From assembly GCA_003427395.1 (NCBI GenBank), contig BFEA01000009.1, positions 760,879-824,878 of the forward strand: 64,000 bases of DNA, in the 5' to 3' direction. Source of the DNA: Chara braunii. Its lineage: Eukaryota; Plantae; Charophyceae. The notes below the pieces were generated by a model. The model did not search any database, was not told where the DNA came from, and saw only the letters and a list, made by a program, of their open reading frames with translations. Made by a program: the position numbers and the translations under genes. Positions 25,009-37,555 of the stretch are shown in pieces (position 1 is the first letter of the stretch; each line of letters opens with the position of its first letter).

Positions 25009-25431
25009 CTACGTTGCCACTTGTACGCACCCTCGTACGAGTACGGATTCGTACTCTTGTAGCCGTACGCTACNNNNNNNNNNNNNNNNNNNNNNNNNNN
25101 NNNNNNNNNNNNNNNNNNNNNNNNNNNNNNNNNNNNNNNNNNNNNNNNNNNNNNNNNNNNNNNNNNNNNNNNNNNNNNNNNNNNNNNNNNNNNNNTATTA
25201 AGAATCTGATGATGATGCTCAGCCAAATGTTGCTTGTTTTGTGGTTTTTCATCACATAGTTGTTTTTCGAATTTTTTTGATGACTTTGTTTTTTTTTTTT
25301 TTTTTTGCTTTTTCGTACGGGGGCGTACAAGACGTACAGGTTCCCGTACAGGTTCCCGTACAGATCCCGTACAGAAAAAACCTGTACGTTTCGTATGGGA
25401 AGCCCCCGTACGTGTACGCTATGCAACGTAG
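25009..25431. mobile_element. MITE copy 2, inserted in the protease region of element A
   Basis: TIRs ctacgttgc/gcaacgtag; perfect 8-bp TSD ctttggca at 25001-25008 and 25432-25439. Confidence 0.92.
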
Positions 25432-26016
25432 CTTTGGCAATATATAAAAATATGATCTCGCTTTTACCTTCCCAACTGTGACCATTACACCACTAGCCGT
25501 ACCGCAAAATGGCGTTGGCCCGCTGACTCCAATAAAAAGTCCAAAGTCATTGCGATTGATCTGAATCCCAGCTTCAATCGCATGCCTCTCTCTCATGATG
25601 TTCATTTCGGCCCCATCATCTACGAGAGCAGAGAACTCTCCACGACCAATTTGAACTTTTATGAGACCCGTGGCCACGCATCGCCAGTCCATCTTCGTGC
25701 TAGAAGGTGCCCAGTTAGCTTCTGGAGAGATGATCTCACTTAGCTTGACTGTCATGACTTTTTTTCGAGTCATGCGCTACTTAAATTCCTCGCGGAGCTT
25801 CGGCGATACTGCAAGAATCTCCTTCAGGGTAACCAGATCACGCTGACTTTCCAAAATGCGATCCACCAGCTGTTCAAAATCAATCCCTTGTTCAACAGGG
25901 ATCGAGTACACGTTCTTCTTTTTGCGAGGTTCTTCTTCCTCGACCTGGGTTTTTCCTGCTTCCGACGCCCTTTCCATAACTCTCTGATTTGCTAGCAGTT
26001 CATCCTCTAACCGCAA
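25432..26016 (-). pseudogene. Element A aspartic protease region
   Basis: ALVDDGAEMNIM active-site motif. It continues after the MITE as EVFLGRSF (ORF 24503-25030). Confidence 0.85.
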
Positions 26017-26489
26017 TCTTTCATCCTCCTCCTCATCATCCCCTTCTTCTATCTGAATAGGTTATTTCTCCTGAGGTCCCTTTGAACTTTCTCCTGGCGC
26101 AGACTGCAATTGTGAGGTCTTCCTTCCTTTACTCGTCTGCACCATGACGGTTGGCATCCCTCGCTTGAGTACAGGTCTGGACATCGTCATTGGCCGTGTC
26201 ATTGGCGTTGCTTCCGGCGCCGAAGCAGCCACAGGTGCTGACCCATCCTGTCCTTCGTTTCCCTATCCACCAAAGAGGAACACATTCGGAAGGTTCGGTC
26301 AAACTTCTTCCATGTCAACACATAATTGAACAATGGAATCTCGGCATTTGCCCAGTTTCCTGGTTACCTCTCGCGCCTGATGAGCAATGTCTTCTTTCCT
26401 TTCCTCCGACTCTTTTTCGTCACACCTACCAATCTCCAGAGAAGCCATTGTTTCTTCCAACTCAAAAAGACTTGCTTCTTCAGGAGAAG

Positions 26490-27720
26490 CTAACCGGAAT
26501 GTACAGGACGACCCATCCGTCGAAAAACCTCTTTTCTCATTCCTCCTTCAATATCCTGATCGATGAAATTTCCCTCGAAGTGAAAGACTTCTCCTTGAAT
26601 CGTCGTGAAGACGATATAGTCCTTCTCGTCCTTGGCGAGAATCTGGCAGAAACGAATAACGTGTCCCTTCATATCGTAATATTTGCAGACGTATTCCTTC
26701 CACTTCCAACGTCCGCCTCCATTTCCGCGGCCTCTACCACGGCCTCGACCACCTTGTGGTTGAGTCTGTTGACCTTGATTTTGTTGTCCTTGGTCAACCT
26801 GTCGCTCCCCGCTTCCATTTCCTCCGTTCTTGCTGCTTTTTCCTTGTTTACGAGAAGTACCTTGCCCTCCTCGTATCTGGTTCAAGACTTTCCTCTCAAC
26901 CTTGGTTAACTTATGAGGGGGGTTCTCTTTCCTCCTCGCTCTCACTCTCACTGCTACTCTCTTCAGTGACAGGCTCCTTCCCTTTTCTTTTCCCAGTTTT
27001 CGCCTTGGCCATCATCACTTGAAGTTTTAACCGTTCCTCCTTCATACTGCTCATCATTTCTCTTATGTCAGATAAGGTCTTGAAGACCTCCTTGTCCTTG
27101 TTCGTCCCCAACTGTAACCTCTCCCGATTCTCCTTTTGCTGTTTCAGCAGCCGATAGAGGATCTGGTCGAAGTCCCCAGCCAATAAATTCTCTCGAATTT
27201 TTGGCCAATCATACCTTTTTTTCATGCCTTTCACCAACTTTAGCTGTTCCACCTCCGTGAAATTATCCAGGAAGATGAGGCAACGATCTTTATCTGGAAG
27301 GTCAGGAACTAATTTCGCTACCCGCTCGAATTCAGTAAGGAACTGCGTTGTTGTACCAAAGCTTTTCCGACTAACCTTCCTCAAATCGGTCAAGTCCAAC
27401 AGTTCATCGCTCAACTGGTACTTTTCTAGCAGCTTCCTTTTGAATTCTGCCCAGCCCAGCGAATCTTGTACCAACTCCTCCACCTCTTCCTTGTATTGGA
27501 TCTTGCAGTATCTCTTCACCATTCGTAGCATCTTTTCATTCGACCATTCGCAGCAACTTCCCAATTGCTCGAACTTTTCTGCCCATCCCGATACGTTGTT
27601 ACCATCAAACAATGAAACGTCAATCTTCGGGATTTGATCCTTCTGGGACTGCTGAATAATTCTTGCAAGCTCCCGAATGTCATTGCTTCTCCCATCCTGA
27701 TTGTCGTTGTTACTAGCCAT
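26490..27720 (-). pseudogene. gag: Element A gag (frameshifted) with degenerate zinc knuckle
   Basis: FDGNNVSGWAEKFE and W..FK..LL..Y retrotransposon gag motifs; RGRG tract and CKYYDMKGHVIRFC knuckle in ORF 26490-26951. Confidence 0.85.
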
Positions 27721-28008
27721 CTTGAGTGAAGAAAAACAACAACATTATTAACACAAATCAGTCAATTCTTATAAATAATATCTCATAATTTTGGGATCAA
27801 ATTACTGACTTTTTCTGAGGTCAAACAAGAAAAAGAAAATAACTTTTTACTCCATTAATCACCCAAGTGTCATTCAGCTAGGGACAACGGTAGTTTGCCG
27901 TTATCCCCGGGAAACACGCCACCTGTCGAGCGCATTGGCCCTCGCGTGAAAACGGAGGCCCTCCCGGCCATGTCAGGAGTTTACCTAAAACATAACTTTT
28001 AGAGACAA

Positions 28009-28024
28009 CTCGGGAACGACGCAT
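28009..28024 (-). other. Degenerate primer-binding site of element A (tRNA-Asp-like)
   Basis: atgcgtcgttcccgag, 2 nt inside the 5' LTR boundary, matches TGGCGCCGTTGCCGGG at 11 of 16 positions. Confidence 0.4.
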
Positions 28025-29313
28025 ACTGTTCCGTGAACCACCGATACGGACGCCGTTGCTTCGCTCCTTCGCCGCTCTAGCCGGGTGCGCCAGCTATACA
28101 TCCCACGGTCCCCTACGACATGACAGTTTCCGCGGGGCATAAGCTTGCATCCCTAAGGGGCTGTCACCACCCTTAGGGGCGTATCCCTACCGAGCTACTG
28201 ATCCACGTGAGAAGGATTTTATGTGCAATCGCAGAGGTAGATCAGCCGAGGGCGTTTGCTCGTCTCGCTGCAGTATAGGAATTGTTTGACTAAACGCCGA
28301 ATGAACCCGAGCGTCGTTCGTTCCCTGGGGCGTTGATCTCCCAAGTACGAAGCGTACACCGGTCGACTAGGACAGTCTCAACTAAGCGTGAAAACAATTC
28401 TTAGTCCCTAACAATCAAACAACAAAATCCTCATTCCTTAAAACAAAATCACACAATCCAAAACGTTGACTTGATGAGCTGGTCTATCAAAATGTCTCAT
28501 TTTCAACCTGTATGACTGAAAAAACTTTTTTATTGTCATTCCAAGGTTATTAATTTAAAGAAATAAACTAAGAATGATTTTCTTATCATGACTACTGAAA
28601 CTTGTCATGAATAGCTCATGTAAATAAATATCACTGGCACCATGCAGATCAACAAGTGATCTGGTTTCTGGTCGATGTTTGAACTCCCTGTTCGACCTCG
28701 CTTCCGTACCATATTCAATTATTTTGGAATAGTCGCTCCAAGATTATTAATTGAAGAACAAACTAGGATTGATCTTCCTATGAAAATATCTGCAAGTAAA
28801 TACCGCTGCTACCATGCAGATCAACAAGTGATCTGGTTCCTGGTCGANGTTTGAACTCTCGGTTCAACCATACCTTAGTGCTATATGTGACTACTTGGAG
28901 GAGCGAGTGACAACTTTTCTTGGTCGCTCTGTCCTCCTGGACAATAATTACTTTTTTTGTTCCACGAATGATGGAATATCCATCTCTAACGCCAAGTTAC
29001 NCAACGAATAAATATTTCANCTTCCGNTGCTTTGCTTGACAACTTTTTCAGACGTTCGNTTTTCACTTTATCCACCTTATTTTTATGCGAACGATTACCC
29101 CTTAATGCATAAGCATGATAGTNAAATCATNGGGGTAATCCGAATACTATCCATCCGGCNGTCCTAACTNCATAAAGTGTTTTGTTTTTATTTTNAGATT
29201 ACCTCGTGAAACCATAAGTTATATGGTTTCCTCAACGGGACTGAGTCCATGCGAAGTGTTTTATGAAATCTGAGTAAGATTTCAGAAGACGATGTCTAAT
29301 CCTGGTAAATCTC

Positions 29314-29847
29314 TCACCCGCCGCGCACCTGTGCCTCCAATAAATCCAAACGTGCCAGCTTGTCATCGTCGAAAATCAAAGTAGACCTTCGTCCACATCG
29401 CATGACTCTAACAATCCGAGTATTATAGAAGGAGGCCATCCGAGAGGCTAGTCTCCAAACTATAACTCGGAAAGGTCGACTAAGTCCAAACAGGTGTCGA
29501 GTCTCTGTGTCCCGGATCCAGACGACGCCGAAACGCCTACCGGACAAAGTAATCTTGATACTCACAATGACTCGAGAGAGGCATTGGAGGTTACTCGCGT
29601 GGTGGAAATACAAAGTATATCCGTAAAGCTCGTCGGGAGTCCGAGCCGTGTTGGCTCGAAAATCCGCGCGAGTATTAGGGAAAAATCCCTCGCCATTTTG
29701 AAGCAGTCCAATGAAGTCGAACTAGTCGATAGGAGATTCATCTCAAATTCGTAAAAGTCGCGCCGCACTCCTGAGGAAATCATACTCGTGTGTATCACGA
29801 ACCAGCAGATACCTCAGGATTGTCAGGTCTCGTCGTGCTCCAGGCAT
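29314..29847 (-). pseudogene. LTR-borne ORF2, second copy
   Basis: Same sequence as 14159-14692. Confidence 0.55.
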
Positions 29848-29870
29848 CTGCATATCAGAACGTATCCAAA

Positions 29871-30383
29871 TTAGTCGCGTAAAAACTCCTCGAGTTCTTC
29901 AGCTTCATCTTCCAAATCATCATCATATAATGCTTCGGCTCCTATAATAACGAATCTATTGACACGTATCCGCTCTGCGTAGTATATGCCAAAGAATGGG
30001 CCTTGTCGCTCATTTAGCCAAAGCACGTAACGAACGAACGGCAACCTTATTTCCGGGATCTCGACCACCTGTAGATTCAGTTCGTATGACTGCAATATCA
30101 CCAAGTTCATATTAACGAAGTGACGTTCGGGCAATGGCGGTGCGAACTCGTAGTGAATAACATCCAAGCCGGCCGGTCTCCTGAAAATAAGTCGTCTGGG
30201 GGGTCTCTGCGCACTGCCATCCCAAAACCGCGGAACGTCCTCCTCTGAGTACAGCTCTGACGGGTTATAAACAAGTCGGCCTATCCTTTCTACTCTTTCT
30301 CCGTTACGTCTTTGGATTTCAACCCTTTCGGCCGCCGAATTGCGGTCGTAGAAAAGGAACAAGTCCATGGATCCCGCAACCAT
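29871..30383 (-). CDS. LTR-borne ORF1, second copy (170 aa)
   Basis: Identical translation to 14716-15228. Confidence 0.65.
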   Translation of the reverse strand: MVAGSMDLFLFYDRNSAAERVEIQRRNGERVERIGRLVYNPSELYSEEDVPRFWDGSAQRPPRRLIFRRPAGLDVIHYEFAPPLPERHFVNMNLVILQSYELNLQVVEIPEIRLPFVRYVLWLNERQGPFFGIYYAERIRVNRFVIIGAEALYDDDLEDEAEELEEFLRD

Positions 30384-31504
30384 CTGAAAGAAAAAGGAAG
30401 ACGAATGTGATCAAGTTAAAACTAAGTATCACTTAAAATATTTATCTTCCTTCTGGCCCGTGATTCTTATGGTACGACCAACCTCGTCAGGGGTATCTAA
30501 ATGTACTCCGTTCAGCTAATGGAACATGAGTCGGGCTGCTTGTGGCGCCAACTCTTCATACGTTAGTGGTACCTAGGATGACCACTTAAACAGGATTGCT
30601 AAGGCAGTTTTCCTTTTTCGCAAGGCGTCAAGAAATAAATTTTCTTCCGTGTGGATGCCTTCTCCATTACCCTAAGAGGTGGTCTGGGATACTCCTTCTC
30701 CTCGCCCGAGTACAAAACTCGGATCTTAGAAGTCAGACCGTCTCCACCGAATCGGCATAGTACCCCCCCCCAAAGCGGTCCACTCTAAGTCGATAACAGG
30801 GCCGGCCCCTAAGGCAACGAACCCCCGCCCCAAATGCCTCCTAGAAAAAGGGAAAACACCTACATAGCATCAAGTAAAGTTTTGCCGCCTAGCGTGAAAG
30901 TAAACTCAGACGAAAAAAGAGGAATCGTAGAAAGATAGAATCATTCAGACTGACAGACATAGATGGAAGAGGGTTATTCGGGAAAGAATGGGTAACCTCA
31001 TGAATAAGTCTAAACCAAGTTTAATTTCTCTTCCTTATGCTCGCTTCGTTTCTCGTTGTCTTTTTTTTCTTTTATTTATACATAGAATACAAGCACGGAG
31101 GTGAAAAAGTCAACCATTATTTCACCGTCATCACCCTCATCCAATTCAGTCCACATGCTGTACCTGCAGTCAAAACCCAACGACACACAGACCACCATGC
31201 ATTCCTTTACCATTGTAAGACTCCCAGTCATACATGCAAGAACACACATCCTCTTCCCTTTTTCAATGAACATTCAATAAAACAGNTCAAAGCAAGTGTG
31301 GGTTCACTCATGTGTGAAGGGAACTGAGTCAATTTAACTGANTGATTGACCTTGAGTGAAATTGAATAAATGGCCNACTCAAGAAGACCGTATAAATCAC
31401 ACTCCAGAGAATACAATCGTCACAATGAGTCGCCTGCAAAACAATCCACACCACTCCTTAGAACGATCACTTGTTGCGACACCCTGCGTCGCCGCCGTAA
31501 AATT

Positions 31505-32085
31505 TTCACAGCGCTCCCGCACCACGGCTGGTTAAACCGGAGTCACCGTCGAAAGATTCCGACAGTGCTACCGCACCGCTGCCGAAAAACCCAGAACCGC
31601 CGCTGTAGAAAACCCGGTGGCGCTTCCGCACCACTACTGAAAAACCAGGCCAACCGCCGCAAAAAAAACGGTAGCGCTTTCGCACCACCGCTGAANAACC
31701 AGGCCTGCTGCCACAAAAACCCGGCAGCGCTTCCGCACCACCGCAGAAAAACCACGCCTGCAGCCGCAAAAAAAAACTGGCAGCGCTTCCGCANCACCGC
31801 AGTGAAACCAGGCCTGCTGCTGCAAAAAACNGACAGCGCTTCCGCACCACNGCNGAAAAACCAGGCCTACTGCCACAAAAAACCGGCAGCGCTTCCGCAC
31901 CACCATTGAAAAACCAGGCCTGCCGCTGCAAAAAAAACCGGCAGCGCTTCCGCACCACCGCAGTGAAACCAGGCCTGTTGCCGCAAAAAACCGGCAGCGC
32001 TTCCGCACCACCGCAGTGAAGGCCTGTGCCGCCGCAGCAAAATTTCGGCAGCACTCTCGTACCACCGCAGTAAAAACTTGTGCCG
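31505..32085. repeat. 54-bp minisatellite, second LTR copy
   Basis: As 16350-16930. Confidence 0.9.
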
Positions 32086-33119
32086 CCTGCCGTAGTACTG
32101 GAGTGCCACCGGGACTGTCTCGTGGGACCAGCACCAGCCAAAGGGGGGGGGGGGAGCAGAGTGCTCCCTACCTTGGCTATGGCTGCCCAATCCTCCTCCT
32201 GGTGCTCCTCTGCAGTCCTCCAGCTCCTCCTCACGTTGCCTCAGCAGTCCTCCAGCTCCTCCTCACGTTGCCTCAACAGCAGCTCCAGCAGCCACAACAC
32301 TCAAGTGTGCCCGTCACACAGTGGCAGCACGAGTGCTTTGTGTGGCAGCTGGGGGGCAGCTGCCTTTTTTATATTGGCTGAAGAGAGCTGGACGTCACTC
32401 TAGCCCCCTGGCGAAAACGCGGGCTCACAGTGAGCCCTTGATCTGGCCTAGATCCAGGGCTGACTGTGGCCGCACCACAGCCACAGCCTTAGTGTGGGGC
32501 AGTTTCTTTAACTGCCCCATTTTTATTTTTCTTTTCTTTTTTCCAGCTATCTCGGAATCTGGCGAGATAGCTGGTCTCCTGCCATTTCCAAAACACCTTT
32601 TCTTTTCTTTTCCTGATAAGGGGTTGGAGAGATACAGCCCCTTACAGTTTGATGTACCCGGACCTTTTTTCCAGGGCAGATATATCGAGGAAAAGGCTGT
32701 ATCTAGCCTTTTCCTTAGCGTCCCCTCAATTTCCAGGCTCCCTGCAAAAACGGGAGCCTCATAGTTACCAGCACCACGTGAGGACAAGTGTCCTCACTCA
32801 AATTTCTACTGAACTTGGCTTTTACCTCAGCCAGGTTCATGCTGTTGCTTGCAACAACCCTCCTCCTTTTCTTCTCTGCCCTCCCCTGAAAACGGGGAGG
32901 GTAGTTGTAAGGTTGGGAGAGGTAGGACCTCCCCTTCCTAACTCCCACGTCCCTCTGCTTTCCGTCACTGTTCCACGCGTGCACTGTGGGCCGCGAGATC
33001 TGAGATCTCAGGGCCACAGTCAATTTTCCCAAGAACAAAGTGGGAGCATTTGTGCTCCCACACAGTCTGAAAGCCTGTTTCTTTGATCCACGAGGCGGTT
33101 GCCTCGTTTTTGTTTCACT

Positions 33120-33152
<33 letters not shown>

Positions 33153-33452
33153 GTTTTTTAGTTTTCTCGTTTTAGCCTCCCCCCGTTTTTGCCTTGTTGG
33201 CTGTGGCGTCAACAGCCACGAACGGGAGAAAACAGAAAAAGAGAAATAAACCAAAAATAAAGAAGAAAACAAAAAAAAAACATACCTGAGTGGTTGCAGT
33301 AGCAGCAGTGGCTTGGCCACTGTGTGGGGAATGTATTCTCCCACTTTCTGGTGGGAGATTCATTCATTTTTGCTTATCCTATGGTTGGCTTCCTCGACGA
33401 GGAGCCAACCTTAGGTAGGCATGTAGGTAGGTAGGTAGGTCGTAGGTGGCCT

Positions 33453-33511
<59 letters not shown>

Positions 33512-33554
33512 CCTAGACGCCCTTAGCGCCATGTTCAGGCGCAGAAGTAGTTGT

Positions 33555-33613
33555 CCAGATTGTCGAGGCTCAGCCTCCTGATGAGTCGGTGAGATTCCGA
33601 CGAAACAGCCTGG
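33555..33613 (+). ncRNA. Type III hammerhead ribozyme, second copy
   Basis: Identical to 18400-18458; predicted cleavage after C33564. Confidence 0.88.
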
Positions 33614-33970
33614 CACAGAGCTACCCGTTCGTTCAAAACGAACGGGTGCCCAACAAAACTTAAAAAAAAAGAAAAAGAAGACAAAAAGAAAAAAAACAAA
33701 AGAAGAAATCCAAACCAAATCTAAGAAAAAAAAATCTAAGATCAAAAGAAAGAAAAAAAATCAATAAAAAAAAATATCCTACCTGAGACGAAACGGGGCC
33801 CGTTCCGTTGAAAACGGGGGCCCTCTGAAACTGCTGAGGACTACAGTCCTCAGCCTTTGTTTCCTGGTCGCCATCTGGCGCTGCCATGTTAAGGTCGTTG
33901 GCTTATGCCAACGGCAAGGGTCATATTGAAATACAGACCCGAGTTCGATTCCCTACGGGGAATCGAAAAG

Positions 33971-34030
33971 AAAATTAGGACCATTTCTCGATTTGTGTGT
34001 GTCATCCTTGCACAGGGTCCATGCCGATCT
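33971..34030 (-). ncRNA. U6: 3' half of U6 snRNA, second copy
   Basis: Identical to 18816-18875. Confidence 0.9.
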
Positions 34031-34111
34031 GCGCGCGGCCGATCTGGACCGCGCGATCTTCAGATCGGGCGGTCGAGGTAGACCGCGCTTCTAAAAAAAA
34101 CGGGCAGCTCC

Positions 34112-34203
34112 AAAAGGAGCTAGCCCGGCAGAACCACGAGTGAGATTCGATCCCCATATCAGCGGGTCGAGAGTTGTGTACCGGTACCTACTGGGCTAGC
34201 TCC
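34112..34203 (-). ncRNA. Putative Pol III small RNA, second copy
   Basis: Identical to 18957-19048. Confidence 0.5.
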
Positions 34204-34850
34204 TGTTCCATGCTGAACAGGAGCAGCTCTTCAATATGAAGAGCTTGCCCAGATACCTTCCCTGCCTGCGGCCTTTCAGGTGCCGGCTGCCTGTGGCCTA
34301 GCAGGCCTGCCCCGGTTGTGGCCTGTCGGCTGACCTGCCCGTGGCCTACCCTTACCGGTTAGCCGTGTGACCGCTTCTTGGTCGGCCATCGAACCGGGTA
34401 AGCCTTGGCATTTGCCTATCGGCCCCCAGGCTCAAAGTCAGACCCCGCGGTCCTAGAAAAAAAACGCAAGCTTCCTACGCCTCCTGCGCCGTGGCCCTAT
34501 ACCCTGGCGCAACTCTCTTTTAAGCCCATTTAGGCCCTGAATCGCGCGACTTAACAGCCGCGCGACGTTATCATAGGTAGGATAGGTTTAATTTTAACAT
34601 TTTTTTATCCCCGCATTCCTACGGCTTTCACAAAAGCGTAACCTTTGTCGTTCACACCCGATACCCCCGGATGTCACATGCGTCCGGACTAAAGTCCGAA
34701 AACTCTTAGTTTCTCAGTCATAGGTCAGGTCTGAATAAACATTTGGCAAACATCATTCTCATCAAGTCCTTCAATTCAACGCAAGAGTCGAACAACGTCC
34801 GACGTTCAAAAACACCGGCAAATACCCTTGTGAGGGTTTTTACCCCGACA

Positions 34851-37117
34851 GCGACCCCCCAATAAAAGGGAAGATATTTATTTTGGGAGTCATATTCTCA
34901 CTTTGGGGGTGCAAGAATCAGTTTCGAGTGTGAATGATGACCTCAATGTTAGGACTTACCGCTGTAAGGGTACAAATATTATTTTGAGCATACGACATCC
35001 TAATAAAAGGGTAGATAAATTATTTTAAGGGTCATACTCTCACTTAGGGCGTGCAAAACTCACTTTCGGGTGTGAATGATCACCTGGGTTTAGGACGCAC
35101 AACTCTAAGGGTCCAAAAATTATTTTGAGGTTATGACCACTCAATAAAAAGGCTAGAAAATTATTTTGGGGGTCACACTCTCATTTTGGGGGTGCAAGAA
35201 TTAGTCTCGGGTATGAATGATGACCTGGGGTTATGACTTACAACTATAAGGGTACAAAAATTATTTCGAAGGTACGATACCCCAATAAAAGGGTAGATAA
35301 ATTATTTTGGGAGTCATACTCGCACTTTGGGGGAGCAAGAATCAGTTTCAGATGTGAATGATGACCTAAGGGCTTGGATGCACAACTCTAAGGGTACAAA
35401 AATTATATTGAGGTTACAACTCCGCAATAAAAGGGTGGAGAGATTATTTTAAGGGACATATTTTCACTTTGGGGGTGCTAGAATCCGTTTCGGGTGCGAA
35501 TGATGACTAGGGGGTTAGGATGCACAGTGATAAGGGTAAAAAAATTATTTTGTTGTTATGACCCCCCAATAAAAGGGGAAATAAATAATTTTAAGGGTCA
35601 TACTCTCACTTAGGGAATGCATGATTTTGTTTCGGGGTGTAAATGATGACATGAGGGGTTGTACGCACAGCTATAAGGGTATGAAAATTATTTTGTGGTT
35701 GCAATCCCCCAATAAAAGGGTAGAGAAATTGTTTTGGAATTCATATTCTCATTTGGGAGTGCGAGAAGTAGTTGAGGGTAGGAATGATGACCTATGGGTT
35801 AGGATGCACAACTATAAGGGTACAAAAATTATTTTGAGGGTACGACCTCCCAATAAAAGGGTAGAAAAATTATTTTAAGGGTCATACTCTCACTTTGAGG
35901 GTGCAAGAATGGCTGTGAAGGATGACCTGAGGGTTAGGACGCACAACTATAAGGGTCTAAAAATTAATTTGTGGTTACGACCCCCAAATAAAAGGGTAGA
36001 AAAATTATTTTGGGGGTCATACTCTCACTTTGTTGGTGCAAGAATCAGTTTCGGGTGTGAATGATGATCTGGGGTTAGGACGCACAACTATAAGTGTACA
36101 AATGTTTTTTTGAAGGTACGACATCCCAACAAAAAGGTAAAGGAACTATTTTAATAGTCATAGTCTAAGTTTGGGGTTGCAAGAATCAGTTTCGCGCTGA
36201 CTTACGGGTACAAAAATTATTTTGAGCGTACGACACCCTTATAAAAGGGTAGATAAATTATTTAAAGGGTCATAATCTCACTTAGGGGGTGCAATAATCA
36301 GTTTCGGGTGTGAATGATGACCTGCGGTTAGGACGCACAACTTTAAGGGTCCAAAAATTATTTTGGCGTTACGACCCCTCAATAAAAGGGTAGAGAAATT
36401 ATTTTGGGGGTCATACTCTCACTTTGGGTGTGCAAGAATCAGTTTCAGGTGTGGATGATCACCCGGCGGTTAGGACTTACAACTAAGTATAAGGGTAAAA
36501 AAAATATTTTGAAGGTGCGACACCCCAATAAAAGTATAGAGAAATTATTTTGGGAGTTATACTCTCACTTTGGGGATGCAAGAATCAGTTTCGAATGTGA
36601 ATGATGACCTGGGGGTTTGGACGTACAGCTCTGAGAGTATAAAAATTAATTTGAGGTTACGACTACCCAATAAAAGGGGAGAGATTATTTTAAGGGTCAT
36701 ATTTTCACTTGGGGTGTGCAAGAATCAGTTTCGGGTGTGAATGATGACTTGGGGGTTAGGACGCACGAAAGTAAGGGTAAAAAAAAATATTTTGCGGTTA
36801 TGACCCCTCAATAAAAGGGTAGAGAAATTATTTTAAGGGTCATACTCTCACTTTGGGAATGCATGATTTTGTTTCGGGGTGTAAATGATGACCTGGGGGT
36901 TTGTATGCACAGGTGTACGGGTACAAAAATTATTATCCGGTTGCAATCCCCCAATAAAAAGGTTGAGAAATTATTTTGGGAGTCTTAATCTCATTTGGGG
37001 GTGCATGAATCAGTTTAGGGTATAAATGATAACCTGAGGATTAGGACGCATAACTACAGGGAAAATTGTTTTGAGGTTATAATTAGCGTATAAAAGGGTA
37101 GAGAAATTATTTTAAGG
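34851..37117. repeat. Satellite array (continuation)
   Basis: Same ~143-bp monomer, same orientation. Confidence 0.95.
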
Positions 37118-37204
37118 ATGCGTTACCAGTTGTACGCACCCTCGTACGAGGACGGATTCGTACTTGTGTACTCGTACGCTACTCGTACACAAGGGACCCA
37201 TACG

Positions 37205-37252
<48 letters not shown>

Positions 37253-37555
37253 CTTCGTTAGTTTTTTTTTTTAGATTTAATATATATATATATATATATA
37301 TNNNNNNNNNNNNNNNNNNNNNTATTGTTTTTTTTTTTTTTCCTCAAATTCTAATAAGAATATGAAGATGATGCTCAACCAAATGTTGCTTGTTTTGTGG
37401 TGTTGCATCACATATTTGTTTTTTCGATTTTTGTGATGACTTTTTTTTTTTTTTTTTTTCGTATGGGGGGGGTACAAGACGTACAGGTTCCCGTAAAGAT
37501 CCCGTACAAATATTACCTGTACGTTTCATACGGAAAGGCCCCCGTACATGTATGC

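Larger units (their letters stand above)
12871..34850 (-). mobile_element. Element A: Ty3/Gypsy LTR retrotransposon with ~6.8-kb LTRs
   Basis: Direct repeats 12871-19695 and 28027-34850 with TG...CA ends (offset ~15155). Internal order on the minus strand is gag-PR-RT-RH-INT. No matching TSD (ctcac vs gcgac). Confidence 0.95.
28027..34850 (-). repeat. 5' LTR of element A (6824 bp)
   Basis: Copy of 12871-19695; substitutions seen only near the ends. Confidence 0.93.

Noticed and set aside
28009-28330. Tf1-like self-priming through 9-nt complementarity between the PBS and LTR 28311-28319
   Set aside because: The match is short, and a decayed tRNA-Asp PBS (as in related element B) explains the site more simply.
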